A DNA stretch of 50,034 nt from Methanobacteriota archaeon (GCA_016180755.1 JACPAO010000072.1:1-50034), one strand, 5' to 3'. Positions 18,811-28,387 are shown, numbered from the stretch's first letter. Program-made: numbers and translations. The notes: a model not told the origin generated them from the sequence alone.

Positions 18811-19221
18811 CTAGTTCTTGCCGCGGTTCCACAGTTCTTGGGGCAGCGCACGGTAGACCTTCAAGGCCTCGAGGTCCTCCCGCGAAAGGCCGGACATGCT
18901 CCGCTCGAGGTCGTCGTCGCGAAGCTCCTTCATGCGCCAGAAGTACGCGCGGCGCGTCTGGCCTTCGAACTTGTACTCGGTGCGGCGGATGCCAAGAAGG
19001 TTCTGCTGCTCGAGGGTGTAGAAGAGGGCGCGGACCTCCTTGTCGAGGTCCTCGTCGTTGACTTCGTCTTCGCCGCGGAACACCGAGGCGACGACGTCGG
19101 CTGTGGCGTCCGCGTCCTCGCGGAGCATGTTGAATGCCCGCCGAAGCGCGTCCGCCAACCGGTTATTACCCGCCAAGAGCCGTGTTCTCCCGGAACAGGC
19201 CCGCATACCGGGCCGGTCCAA
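18811..19221 (-). CDS. DUF6015-like protein (Thermoplasmata family); start uncertain
   Basis: LADAL..EDA..A..V..F..EDEV.D..L..EVR.LFY.LE..LL..R..AYFW pattern. Confidence 0.65.
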   Translation of the reverse strand: MDRPGMRACSGRTRLLAGNNRLADALRRAFNMLREDADATADVVASVFRGEDEVNDEDLDKEVRALFYTLEQQNLLGIRRTEYKFEGQTRRAYFWRMKELRDDDLERSMSGLSREDLEALKVYRALPQELWNRGKN

Positions 19222-19367
19222 ATAAGACCTTTGTGGTACCGCCGACGTAACCGGCGGACCGTCAAGATACCCTGGGGAAACGCCCGCCGCTTTCCTGGCG
19301 AACCCGGGGGCGGCGCGGTTCCCGCCCCGGCCAAGTATTTTAACGACCCGCCGACCTGCGCGGCGAG

Positions 19368-20498
19368 ATGGCGGGAGGGAACCTAGCCCGGCGACGGGCG
19401 AAGAAGGTCTTCGCCGCCTTCAAGGCACTCGACGAGGACGTTCCCGAGGCCATCGTCCTTCGAAACGGCGTCGAGCCCCACATCGACCTGTCGTTCTTCT
19501 ACGCGACCGCCATCCCAAGCGGAATCTTCGAGGGAGGGATGTGCGTCCTCCACCGCGACGGCCACGTCGACGTGTTCTCGAGCGTCCTCGAGGAGGAGTC
19601 GGCGCGCAGGGCCCGGACCGGGTTCCGGCTCAGGGTCCCGAAGCGCCGCGGCGACGAGGCGAAGACGCTGCGGCGCGTCCTCGACGGCCGAGCGAAGAAG
19701 GCGATCGGCGTGAACTCGCCCGAGCTCACCTACCGCGACTTCCGGGTCCTTCGGAAGTACCTACCCAAGGCGAAGTTCGTCGACGCCTCGCGCGCGATCC
19801 TCCGCGCCCGCATGATCAAGGACGAGGCCGAGGTCGACGCCATCCGCGAAGCCTGCCGGATCGCCTCGAAGACGGCGAACGAGATCCCCGAGCTCCTCCG
19901 CGCCGGCATCACGGAGGCCGAGGTCGCCGCCGAGATCAACTACCGCAACCAGAAGTACGGCGGCCAAGGGCCGTCGTTCGACACGATCAGCGCGTTCGGC
20001 GCGAACGCCGCCGAGCCCCACTACACGGCGCTCGCATCGAAGCTCCGGCCCCGGAAGTTCGCGCTCTTCGACTTCGGCACCCGCTACAAGCGCTACTGTT
20101 CCGACATCACGCGCACCTTCTTCTTCGGGCGCCCGACGCCCAAGGACCGCCGCATGTACGACGTCGTCGCGCGGGCCCAGCAGGCGGCCTTCGACGTCCT
20201 CAAGCCCGGCGCCACCGGGAAGGAGGTCCACCTCGCGGCCGACCGCGTGATCAACGCGACCGAGTTCAAAGGGAAGTTCATCCACGGCCTCGGCCACGGG
20301 CTCGGCCTCGCCGTCCACGACGGAGGGGGCCTCAGCGGGGGAAGCGACACCGTCATGGAGCCCGGGATGGTCATGACCGTCGAGCCCGGCGTCTACCTCC
20401 CCGGCTACGGGGGCGTCCGAATCGAGGACGACGTCCTCATCACGCCGCGCGGGTTCCGGTTCCTCACGACGGCCCGGCGCGAGTTCGAGACGGTCTGA
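19368..20498 (+). CDS. Xaa-Pro aminopeptidase/prolidase (M24)
   Basis: EPH, DFG..YCSDITRT, HGLGHGLGLAVHD, TVEPGVY, GGVRIEDD. Confidence 0.95.
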   Translation: MAGGNLARRRAKKVFAAFKALDEDVPEAIVLRNGVEPHIDLSFFYATAIPSGIFEGGMCVLHRDGHVDVFSSVLEEESARRARTGFRLRVPKRRGDEAKTLRRVLDGRAKKAIGVNSPELTYRDFRVLRKYLPKAKFVDASRAILRARMIKDEAEVDAIREACRIASKTANEIPELLRAGITEAEVAAEINYRNQKYGGQGPSFDTISAFGANAAEPHYTALASKLRPRKFALFDFGTRYKRYCSDITRTFFFGRPTPKDRRMYDVVARAQQAAFDVLKPGATGKEVHLAADRVINATEFKGKFIHGLGHGLGLAVHDGGGLSGGSDTVMEPGMVMTVEPGVYLPGYGGVRIEDDVLITPRGFRFLTTARREFETV

Positions 20499-20590
20499 GC
20501 GGCGCCCGCGGCGGCCTCCAACGGTGGCCGCGTTACGTCCAAACGAAACCGCCAATAGCTTCTTGAACCGCCAAGAGTCCTTGTGCCGGT

Positions 20591-21670
20591 GTGAAGCGCG
20601 GCGCCGGCGTGCTCGTGGTCGTCGCGTTGGGGTTAGTCCTGGTTTCGGGATGCGCCGTCTCCCCGGACGGGGGGAACCAGGGCCTAGGTGGCGAGGCGGA
20701 GGTCGGCCCGGACATCACCGATCCGGCGAACCTCACGTTCGCCTTCGACAACCGCGCCCACGTCCATGACTACTGGGCAGGGGAATTCGAGAAAAGGATC
20801 TTCGACGCGGATTTCACGTTTCAACTGCCCCACGTCGGCTCGTCATGCGATTCCGGGGCGAACGGAAAGTCGTGCTTGCCGGTACGGCCGGACGAAGGGA
20901 CCATGATCATTCCCGGCACCCGTTGGATTAATGCCACGGTAACCTGGACTAGTTCCGATTCCGCCCCCGGAAAGACCGTGTATCTCGGTTGGTCTGCAGC
21001 CGATCATCGAACATCCGGCCAATTTCCCGACGTGAAATCCGGGTCGATACTTTCGATACCAGTGAACGAGTCGCTCACTGATTTGCCCCATGCCCGAACT
21101 ACACGATGGAGCTTCTTGTTGCTCCTGGAAGGCCGGGCCGGTGCCGTTTCGGGCCATATCTCGCTCACGATTGCCCGACCTGAAGGTCCTCTACCCCTGG
21201 CTCCGGCTCATCCACACCTCTGGGGTTTTAACCGCTCATTGACTGCCCTGGATGAGTCCGGCCGGCTGTGCGCAGGGGTATGTCCATCTGGCGGAAAGAT
21301 GCCTAGAAACCAGCTCAGGTGGACCACGCCCCCAATCGTTCCTTTCGATACCGAGCGCGTCCGAATCCTTTTTTGGTTCAATTCCACAACGCCGTCGGCG
21401 GGCTGGTTTCATCCGTTGTTGAGTTGGCATGGCGCAGATCGTTATGGTTTTGAACGGACCGATGTGGCGCCCCAGCCAGGATCCCCGACGGCCCTTGAGT
21501 GGACGATCGATGTCGAGCCAAGGATGTGGGACTCTCCGTACGCTAGCGAGACGAGCTGGGGGGTCCGGGTCTCATTCGAAGGCCAGACCGGAACCCTAGG
21601 CAATTTCCCGCCCTCGTACATGGACGGAAACTATCATCTGAGGGTCGAGTTCCAGCGGTCCACGCCGTAA
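20591..21670 (+). CDS. Lipoprotein with two tandem beta-sandwich repeats (HxHDxW family)
   Basis: VSGC lipobox; collinear similarity to the C-terminal half of 24868-27177. Confidence 0.75.
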   Translation: MKRGAGVLVVVALGLVLVSGCAVSPDGGNQGLGGEAEVGPDITDPANLTFAFDNRAHVHDYWAGEFEKRIFDADFTFQLPHVGSSCDSGANGKSCLPVRPDEGTMIIPGTRWINATVTWTSSDSAPGKTVYLGWSAADHRTSGQFPDVKSGSILSIPVNESLTDLPHARTTRWSFLLLLEGRAGAVSGHISLTIARPEGPLPLAPAHPHLWGFNRSLTALDESGRLCAGVCPSGGKMPRNQLRWTTPPIVPFDTERVRILFWFNSTTPSAGWFHPLLSWHGADRYGFERTDVAPQPGSPTALEWTIDVEPRMWDSPYASETSWGVRVSFEGQTGTLGNFPPSYMDGNYHLRVEFQRSTP

Positions 21671-21752
21671 CCCAAGGCTTCCCCAGGTTCCGCCCCGCCC
21701 CGCAAGCACCGTTACCAAAAACGGCCTCAACCGCCCGCACCAAGGGCGACCC

Positions 21753-22361
21753 GTGGACCGGCCGCTCGCGTGGGTCATCCTCGCCTCGCTTGCCGGCCTC
21801 GCCGCGATGGCGGGCGCGTCGGCCGTCGTCCATCCGCCCCGCGTCGCGCTCTCCGACCTCGCCGGGCACGTCGGAGCGACGGTCACGACCACCGCGAGGA
21901 TCCTGGAACTCGAGACCCACGAGGGCGGCTGGACTCGGCTCGTCCTGGGCGACGGGAACCATTCCGTCGAAGCCACCTCGGCCGGGCCGCCCGACGCCGT
22001 CCCGGGCGACGTCGCGGACGTGATCGGCCTCGTCGTGCGCGCGGGCCCGCGGCTGCGCCTGCAGGTCGACCACGCCGACGACGTGACCGTCCGCGTCCCC
22101 TGGCAGGACCAGCACGAGCCGCTCCGACGGATCCTCGATCGGCCCTGGGAACTCCGCGAGGCGCGCGTCGTCACCAGCGGCGAGCTCCGGCGCACCGGCC
22201 CGAACGCGTTCGTCGAGGACGACGGCCAACGCCTTCGCGCCGTCGGGGAAGGCCTCGAAGGATGGGAACCGGGGACGCTCCTGCGCGTCGAAGGACTCGT
22301 CGAGTACGACGAGGACAGCGGTTCGTTCCGGCTCCGCGTCGACCACGCCCGCCACGCCTAG
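21753..22361 (+). CDS. Membrane-anchored tandem OB-fold protein
   Basis: N-terminal TM, then two OB-like repeats (VGATVT..PGDVADVIGLV; PGTLLRVEGLVEYD). Confidence 0.65.
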   Translation: MDRPLAWVILASLAGLAAMAGASAVVHPPRVALSDLAGHVGATVTTTARILELETHEGGWTRLVLGDGNHSVEATSAGPPDAVPGDVADVIGLVVRAGPRLRLQVDHADDVTVRVPWQDQHEPLRRILDRPWELREARVVTSGELRRTGPNAFVEDDGQRLRAVGEGLEGWEPGTLLRVEGLVEYDEDSGSFRLRVDHARHA

Positions 22362-22370
22362 GAGGCCGCC

Positions 22371-23639
22371 GTGCCGGTCCTCCTCGAACTCCTCGCGATC
22401 GCCGCCGCCGGCGCCGTGATCGGCTGCGCCACCGGCCTCATCCCGAGCCTCCACGTGAACACGCTCGCCGTCGTCCTCCTCGGCGCCGCCCCCGTCCTGG
22501 GGTTCGCGCTTGAGGCGACCGGCTTCCGCTCCCTCCCCACGCTCTTCCACGTCGCCGCCCTCATCCTCGCGATCAGCATCGCGCACAGCTTCGTGAACAT
22601 CATCCCCGCCACCTACCTCGGCGCGCCCGACGAGACGACGGCGCTCAGCGTCCTTCCCGGGCACAAGATGCTCCTTCGCGGGGTCGGCTACCGGGCCGTC
22701 CAGATCTCCGCGCACGCCTCCCAGTGGGCGGTCCTCGCAAGCGTCGCGCTCGTCCTTCCCCTCAAGTGGACCCTCGGCGAACCCCTTCGGCTCTTCGACG
22801 TCCTCCAACGGCACCTCTTCTGGGTCGTCCTCGCCGTCGCCCTCCTTCTCGTCCTCACCGAGCCCGGACCGGTGGGCCCCGCCCGCTGGAGTCGGCGCGC
22901 GCGGGCCCTCGCCGCCCGGGCCGCCGCGCTCGCGCTCCTTCTTGCGACGGCCGCGTACGGGCTCCTCCTCGACGGACTCCCCTACGCGAGCCTCGTCCCC
23001 ATCCCACCCAGCCCCCTCCTCCCGGCGCTCACCGGGCTCTTCGGCGCTGCCACGATCGTCTCCGCCCTCTCGCTCCCGGCGCGCCTTCCCCACCAGTTCC
23101 TCGAGCTCGGCCGCCGCGACCTCAAGCCGCTTGGCACCGTCGCCGCCCTCGGCTCGGGCGTCGTCGCCGGGGCGACGATGAGCGTCCTCCCCGGCCTCAC
23201 GAACGCGAGCGCCACCGCCATCGCCACGACGCTCCGCAAAGGAGACGACGAGGAGACGATCGTGAGCCTCAGCGCCGTCAACACGGCCAACGTCGTGTTC
23301 AACCTCGCCGTCCTCTACCTTTTCGCCCGCAGCCGCAGCGGGCCCGCCGCCAGGGTGAACGGGAAAGGCTACTACGTCGAGGCCACGGTGTTCGACGCGG
23401 TGCAGACGCAGAGAAGGCTCGAAGCCGTGGCGCAGAAGGAAGGCGACTACATCCGGCCGATCGCGGCGGTGTACATGACGCTCGTCGTCTTCGTCTTCAC
23501 GGGGCCCGCCGGCCTCCTCGTCGCCTTCACCGGTCTCGCGCTCGGCCTCGTCCCCGTGAGGCTCGGGCTGCGACGCACCTGCTTGACCGGCGTCCTCCTG
23601 GGGCCGGTCCTGGTCTACTTCGCGCCCGGGCGCGCTTGA
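22371..23639 (+). CDS. Archaeal TctA/DUF112 tripartite tricarboxylate transporter-like permease with an aberrant internal segment
   Basis: GLIPSLHVN, FVNIIPATYLGAPD..LSVLPGH, ARSRSG, GLRR..L.G.LL.P. Confidence 0.85.
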   Translation: MPVLLELLAIAAAGAVIGCATGLIPSLHVNTLAVVLLGAAPVLGFALEATGFRSLPTLFHVAALILAISIAHSFVNIIPATYLGAPDETTALSVLPGHKMLLRGVGYRAVQISAHASQWAVLASVALVLPLKWTLGEPLRLFDVLQRHLFWVVLAVALLLVLTEPGPVGPARWSRRARALAARAAALALLLATAAYGLLLDGLPYASLVPIPPSPLLPALTGLFGAATIVSALSLPARLPHQFLELGRRDLKPLGTVAALGSGVVAGATMSVLPGLTNASATAIATTLRKGDDEETIVSLSAVNTANVVFNLAVLYLFARSRSGPAARVNGKGYYVEATVFDAVQTQRRLEAVAQKEGDYIRPIAAVYMTLVVFVFTGPAGLLVAFTGLALGLVPVRLGLRRTCLTGVLLGPVLVYFAPGRA

Positions 23640-24127
23640 AGCGACGCCGCCACCTCGGGCTCGAACGCCTTCACGTCGATGCCCCGCAGGCCCGCGACGA
23701 CGAGCGCCGCCACCTCGGCCCGAAGGAGGTCCCCGTTCTCCTTCTGGACTTGGTTCACGGCGGCGACGACCTGCGTCTCCGCTTCCTGCGTCTGCTCGGC
23801 GATGGAGCGTACCAGCCGACGAAAGAGGCTCGCGCCTCCGGGGGCCTGCGCGGTCGCCGAGGGGCCCTCGAGCGCGACCGCGTCGGGCCGGTAGTCGACG
23901 GGGAGCGCGACCTCGCGGCCGCCGAGGTCGAGCTCGTACGCGTGCGCTCCGGCCGCCCGAAGGAGGCCCGCCGACCGCGCGGACTGGACGAGCGCACGCA
24001 CGCGCGAGGGCGGGAACCAGTGGCGCTCGTGGGAAAGGAGCCGCACGAGGTCCTCCTCGAGGAGCCGACGCCGCGCCGATACCTGGAACGCGTACGCCAT
24101 GAGGCGTTCGAGCTCGGGGGCGGTCAC
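23615..24127 (-). CDS. DUF2240-family protein
   Basis: LS.ER.WFPP..LV..A..GLL pattern; GTGA overlap with the upstream gene. Confidence 0.75.
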   Translation of the reverse strand: MTAPELERLMAYAFQVSARRRLLEEDLVRLLSHERHWFPPSRVRALVQSARSAGLLRAAGAHAYELDLGGREVALPVDYRPDAVALEGPSATAQAPGGASLFRRLVRSIAEQTQEAETQVVAAVNQVQKENGDLLRAEVAALVVAGLRGIDVKAFEPEVAASLQARPGAK

Positions 24128-24744
24128 GGATGCGTCTCCCGCCGAATCCAGCGCGCGAAGGCGGAGGGGGGCGGCGCGGACGCGTCCCACGAGAGTAGGC
24201 TCGCGGCGACGCGTTGGCTCTCGAGCTCCCGCGCGAACGCGTCGAGGGCGTGGGCGTCATGGGCCGCGTCGGGCTCGACGACCACGCCGGTCGCGTTCGT
24301 ATCCGCGACGACCCGCTGGAGCTCCCAGGGCTTCAACGTCGGGAACGCCTCACGGCCGCGGAACCCGACGGCGAGATGGAGTTCGCCCTCGGCGAGGCCC
24401 GCAAGCTCGAGGAGCGTCGCGCGACGAAGGAGGCGCAGGTCGAGCGTGAGGGCGTCCGCTCCGGCGAAGAACGCGTCCATGGCGTCCTCGGGTGAGCGGA
24501 CGCCGGCCTCGACCCAGGGATGGACGCCGCGCCGCTCGAGGCGTTGGTAGAATTCGTGCTGCGGGGCGCCGGCCTCGACCCCGCCCACGTCGTACACGTA
24601 GGGGACGCGTTCGGCGCGGCTCACGGCGACAACGGCCTCGACGGCCGCCTCCCCGTGGACGGCCGTCTTCGACCAGGCCCCCGGCCGGCCCGCCATAAGC
24701 CGGGCCCCGCGCAGGGCGAACATGGGGACGGTGGCCACGGGCAT
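24124..24744 (-). CDS. HisA/HisF-related TIM-barrel protein
   Basis: YVYDVGG, WVEAGVRSPEDAMDAFFAGAD. Confidence 0.7.
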   Translation of the reverse strand: MPVATVPMFALRGARLMAGRPGAWSKTAVHGEAAVEAVVAVSRAERVPYVYDVGGVEAGAPQHEFYQRLERRGVHPWVEAGVRSPEDAMDAFFAGADALTLDLRLLRRATLLELAGLAEGELHLAVGFRGREAFPTLKPWELQRVVADTNATGVVVEPDAAHDAHALDAFARELESQRVAASLLSWDASAPPPSAFARWIRRETHP

Positions 24745-24867
24745 CGGCCCCGAAAGGGCCCCCCTAAAAAATGGGCTTGGCCGCGGCTTCGGATGACGAT
24801 AGGACTCGAAAGCGCGGGACGAGACGGGAACCGTTAAGTACCACCGGCCTGGCTAGTTTGGCAACCC

Positions 24868-27177
24868 ATGCCGGGCCGTCGACGCCTTCTCATCACCGCC
24901 TTGGGCCTCGTCGTTGGCCTCCTCGCTGGGGGTACCGCCTCCGCTTGCCACGGTTTCCTCACGACGACGCCCCCCGGCCAAGTCCCCAACTACAACCACG
25001 GCGAGGACTTCGGGTTCCGGGTCTACCTCGAGGCGGACGGCGCGGCGACCGGGCCCCACCTCTCGACGAACCCCGCCGCGGCGGCGACGGACGCGTACAC
25101 GCATGGCGACGCGGCGGCCGGCCTCGCGGCGGCCGCCGGGAGCGCCGCGGGCGCGAAGCCGGCGCCGATCGTGTTCTCGCTTCGCAACCCGCTCGACAAG
25201 CCGCTCTGGTTCAACCTCTCGAAACCCATCGTCGGGATCTTCTGGTTCTCGTCGGCGACGCTCCAGACGGCCTCGCCGCGCGACCACTCGTACTTCCGCG
25301 TGGAGCTCTTTGTGAACGAACAGCGGCTCGGCGGGGAGGACTGCTACACGATCGCGTCGACGACCGCGAACGCCTGGACGCCGGGCACGATGAAGTTCCG
25401 GCCGGAGGCGGCGAAGCTCATGCCCGGGGACGTGCTCCACGTGAAGATCACGCGCTTCGGGAGCCTGTCCGACTTCCGCGTCGGCACGGGAGGGGACCAG
25501 CAGTCCTTCTTCGAGCTTCGCGTCACCTCGTACGACCTCGTGAAGACCGCGATCAGCCTCGAGCGCAACAAGCTCCGGTTCGGGGTCCCCGAGGAGGCCC
25601 CCGCGGGCGGCGAATCGGGGACGCTTTCGGGCGGGGGCGATGCGGGCTCCGTGCCCTTTGGCCTCGCCACGCTCGCGCTTCCGTTCGCCCTCGCGTCGTT
25701 CCCCCGACGCAAAGCGGCGCGCACGGCCCTTCTCGTCGCCCTCGCCTTCGGCGCCGTGGCGTTGGGCGGTTGCCTCAGCGGCTCCGCGAAGTCGGACGCG
25801 GTGCCCGAGGACCCGAACGTCCCGACGCCCACCGTCGAACAGGAGTCCAAGGAGCGCGACGACCTCAAGGAGAAGGGCGTCGGAGCGATCCGCGGCATCG
25901 TGCGCAACGACCTGGGGCTGCCGCTGGCGGGCGCCCACATCGTCCTCATCGGGACGAGCCATTTCGGCTCGACCGACACGAAGGGCGTGTTCGGCTTCCC
26001 GAGCGTCGAGGCCGGCACGTTCAAGCTGCGCGTCGACAAGGACAGGTACCAGGCGCTCGAGCGACCCGTGACGGTCGAGGTCGGCCGCGAGCTCTACCTC
26101 AACATCACCGTCGTCCCCAAGATCCCCCAGTCGGGGAACCAGCGCGAGCACCTCCACGACGTGTGGGGGGACGCGACGTCGATGGAACTCTTCAAGGGCC
26201 AGGTCACGCCGGCGTCGTACCAGGCCTCGGCCCAACTGCAGCCCACGAACAACTACGCGTGCGTCTACTTCTACGCGTGCCTGACCGACGTCCCGATCGA
26301 CGACGGGAAGCCCGTCCTTCCCGGCACGGGCCTCGTCGAGGTGAGCCTCAACTGGAACCCGGAACTCCTCAACATCAACGAGATCGGCCTCGTCGTCACG
26401 ACGCCCAAGGGCTCCTACCGGTACATGGACCTCTGGTACTATCCGGCGACCGACCTCGTCCCGCGCGGCCCCCGCGAGCCTTTCCGGATCCCGATCTTCC
26501 CCGACGAGGCGGACGCAGGCCACCAGGCGTTCACGACGTGGAGCTTCAAGCTCGTCCTCGCGAACACGAAGAGCCTTTACGTCCCGTACCAGGAGGCCGT
26601 CTCGGCGGGCGGCCGCGTCGAGGCGACGATCACGATCCACAAGGGGCACATCGTCCCGGAGCCGCCGCACAAGACGTTCTGGGGCAACGAGACCGAGCGC
26701 GTCATCCTCCAGGAGAGCAAGAAGTCGCTCGCGTGCGCCGGCACCTGCTCGTACCCCAACCCGTCCACGGCGTACATGTGGTACTACAACGACTGGAAGG
26801 TCCTCATCCCGCCGGGCACGAAGCAGATCGTCGGGAAGCTCACGTGGAGCAACACCAACCTCGGCGAGAACCCGGCGCAGAACGACTGGACCATCGCGTA
26901 CAGCGGCGGCGACTCGCCGTACGTCCTCTCCCGGCTCCCCGACGACCTCACACGCGTCCGCGAGAGCAAGCGCGGCGACGCGTTCGTCGAGTTCGTCATC
27001 GACGTCGACCCCGTCGAGGTCGACCAGTTCTACCAGTCGACCTCCAACTGGGACTTCTACCCCGACGACCAGGTGGACAACCTTGCCGGGACCGCGTACA
27101 GCGTCAACACCGGCTACCAGACGAGCCTCTACCTCTCGTTGACGCTCGTCAAGGACCCCGACCACAAGGGCGATTGA
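24868..27177 (+). CDS. Multidomain surface protein: secreted N-domain, internal TM and lipobox, carboxypeptidase-regulatory-like domain, tandem HxHDxW domains
   Basis: N-terminal signal; internal VPFGLATLALPFALASFPRRK then LLVALAFGAVALGGC; IRGIV..PLAGA..TD.KG.F..VEAGTF. Confidence 0.85.
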   Translation: MPGRRRLLITALGLVVGLLAGGTASACHGFLTTTPPGQVPNYNHGEDFGFRVYLEADGAATGPHLSTNPAAAATDAYTHGDAAAGLAAAAGSAAGAKPAPIVFSLRNPLDKPLWFNLSKPIVGIFWFSSATLQTASPRDHSYFRVELFVNEQRLGGEDCYTIASTTANAWTPGTMKFRPEAAKLMPGDVLHVKITRFGSLSDFRVGTGGDQQSFFELRVTSYDLVKTAISLERNKLRFGVPEEAPAGGESGTLSGGGDAGSVPFGLATLALPFALASFPRRKAARTALLVALAFGAVALGGCLSGSAKSDAVPEDPNVPTPTVEQESKERDDLKEKGVGAIRGIVRNDLGLPLAGAHIVLIGTSHFGSTDTKGVFGFPSVEAGTFKLRVDKDRYQALERPVTVEVGRELYLNITVVPKIPQSGNQREHLHDVWGDATSMELFKGQVTPASYQASAQLQPTNNYACVYFYACLTDVPIDDGKPVLPGTGLVEVSLNWNPELLNINEIGLVVTTPKGSYRYMDLWYYPATDLVPRGPREPFRIPIFPDEADAGHQAFTTWSFKLVLANTKSLYVPYQEAVSAGGRVEATITIHKGHIVPEPPHKTFWGNETERVILQESKKSLACAGTCSYPNPSTAYMWYYNDWKVLIPPGTKQIVGKLTWSNTNLGENPAQNDWTIAYSGGDSPYVLSRLPDDLTRVRESKRGDAFVEFVIDVDPVEVDQFYQSTSNWDFYPDDQVDNLAGTAYSVNTGYQTSLYLSLTLVKDPDHKGD

Positions 27178-27289
27178 GCCCCTCCGCGTGCGAAGGTCCA
27201 AGTACGGCGTCCCGGCATCCGGGCGCGCCCACGATGATGACGAACGCCAGCTGATTGTAGCAAGGATGATGAGTAGATGGGCGAGCTGA

Positions 27290-27634
27290 GTGGGCACTTC
27301 TCACGATGCGGGCCCCGGGGCGGCCGGGGTCCGGGTGTCGCGTCGTGGCGGCCGGATCTGGTGCGAGAGCAAGCCGCCCGGAAAGGGCTCGACGTTCGTG
27401 CCGCCGTGCAATTCGCCGTTCCGGACCGCCGGCGTCTCGATCCTCGACGGGCTCAATTCGGGTAACGTCTCCGATGATTCCGAGTCCGCCCTGGTGCAGG
27501 ACGTGCAGGCCGCCATGGCCTGCGACCCATTTCGCGTGATGCCCGTCGTCCTCGGGGCCATGGCCGCGGCAAGCGTCGCGGCCATCGGCGCCGCGGGCGG
27601 AGTCCTTGCTTGGCGACGCCGCCGAAACGGGTGA
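27290..27634 (+). pseudogene. Mosaic remnant: histidine-kinase ATPase C-terminal fragment joined to a TM-RRRR anchor
   Basis: GGRIWCESKPPGKGSTF resembles the end of HATPase_c; ORF ends in a hydrophobic helix plus WRRRR. Confidence 0.4.
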
Positions 27635-27730
27635 GGCGCCCTGGTTCTAGGGCGGCGCCGACGCGGCGGGGTTGAAGGCCGCCTGTGGACGGCGTATGAG
27701 GCCGCTGCGCGAGGCGGGCACGCCTGGCCG

Positions 27731-28072
27731 TCAGCTCGTCGCGTACCCAAAGAGCCGGTCGTACTCCTTGTGGTCCCCGATCCAGTCGATCCGCGCAATG
27801 TGACCTTCGCCCTGGATGAACAAGACGGTGTAGACGGCGCGGAACCCGTTGGGAAGTTCGAGTCGATTGAGATTCGGGCGGTCCCGGAATGCCTTCGGCC
27901 ACTTGGAGCGTTCGATTGGTTCGCCGAAAGTCGTGTCGGCTTCCAAGGAGGGGCCTTTTGCCACGAGGGCCGTCCAGGCCGTCGCCGCGCGCGGGCGGTC
28001 CTTCCGGTGGCGTTTCATGAAGTCATCCTTCACGCCCTCGAGGATGCGAGCCTTGGCTCGCGTGGGGTTCAC
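27731..28072 (-). CDS. RelE/HigB-like toxin (putative)
   Basis: Basic 113 aa; NL.RLELPNGFRAVYT..IDWIGDHKEYDRLFGY; GTGA overlap with the upstream gene. Confidence 0.7.
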   Translation of the reverse strand: MNPTRAKARILEGVKDDFMKRHRKDRPRAATAWTALVAKGPSLEADTTFGEPIERSKWPKAFRDRPNLNRLELPNGFRAVYTVLFIQGEGHIARIDWIGDHKEYDRLFGYATS

Positions 28073-28356
28073 GCCAAGTCCTCGGCGGGCATATCGGCGA
28101 CGCGTTTCGTCGGGCGCGTGTAGAGAACGCCCTTGGTCCCGACCGCGGCGACCCCGTAGTGGACCAGGGCTTGCACTGCGGCCCTTACGGTCCCGCGTCG
28201 CGTCCGGCGGGCCGCGAGCCGCCGTTCGATTTCCGAAATGGAAAGAGGAAGTGCGTCGCCCTCCTTGGCCTCGCGCTCGAGGACCTGCTCGACCTCGAAG
28301 ACGGTGGCAAGCGTCGGATTGGCCTTCTCGGTGATCGCCTCCCGGGACGTGCTCAT
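28069..28356 (-). CDS. Winged-helix protein, putative antitoxin/regulator
   Basis: LSISEIERRL..RGTVRAAVQALVHYG wHTH pattern; coupled to the toxin-like gene. Confidence 0.7.
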   Translation of the reverse strand: MSTSREAITEKANPTLATVFEVEQVLEREAKEGDALPLSISEIERRLAARRTRRGTVRAAVQALVHYGVAAVGTKGVLYTRPTKRVADMPAEDLA

Positions 28357-28364
28357 TGGATACC

Positions 28365-28387
28365 TATGTGGAGGGTCACATATATGT
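28365..28387 (-). promoter_or_regulatory. TATA box with inverted-repeat operator upstream of the TA pair
   Basis: TATGTG-N6-CACATA (28365-28382) overlapping palindrome ACATATATGT (28378-28387). Confidence 0.55.

Noticed and set aside
21543..27297. Very long alternative-frame and antisense ORFs (e.g. 21543-24260, 24771-27254, 24853-27297)
   Set aside because: Arg/Pro/Gly-rich shadows of real genes, expected in high-GC sequence with few stop codons
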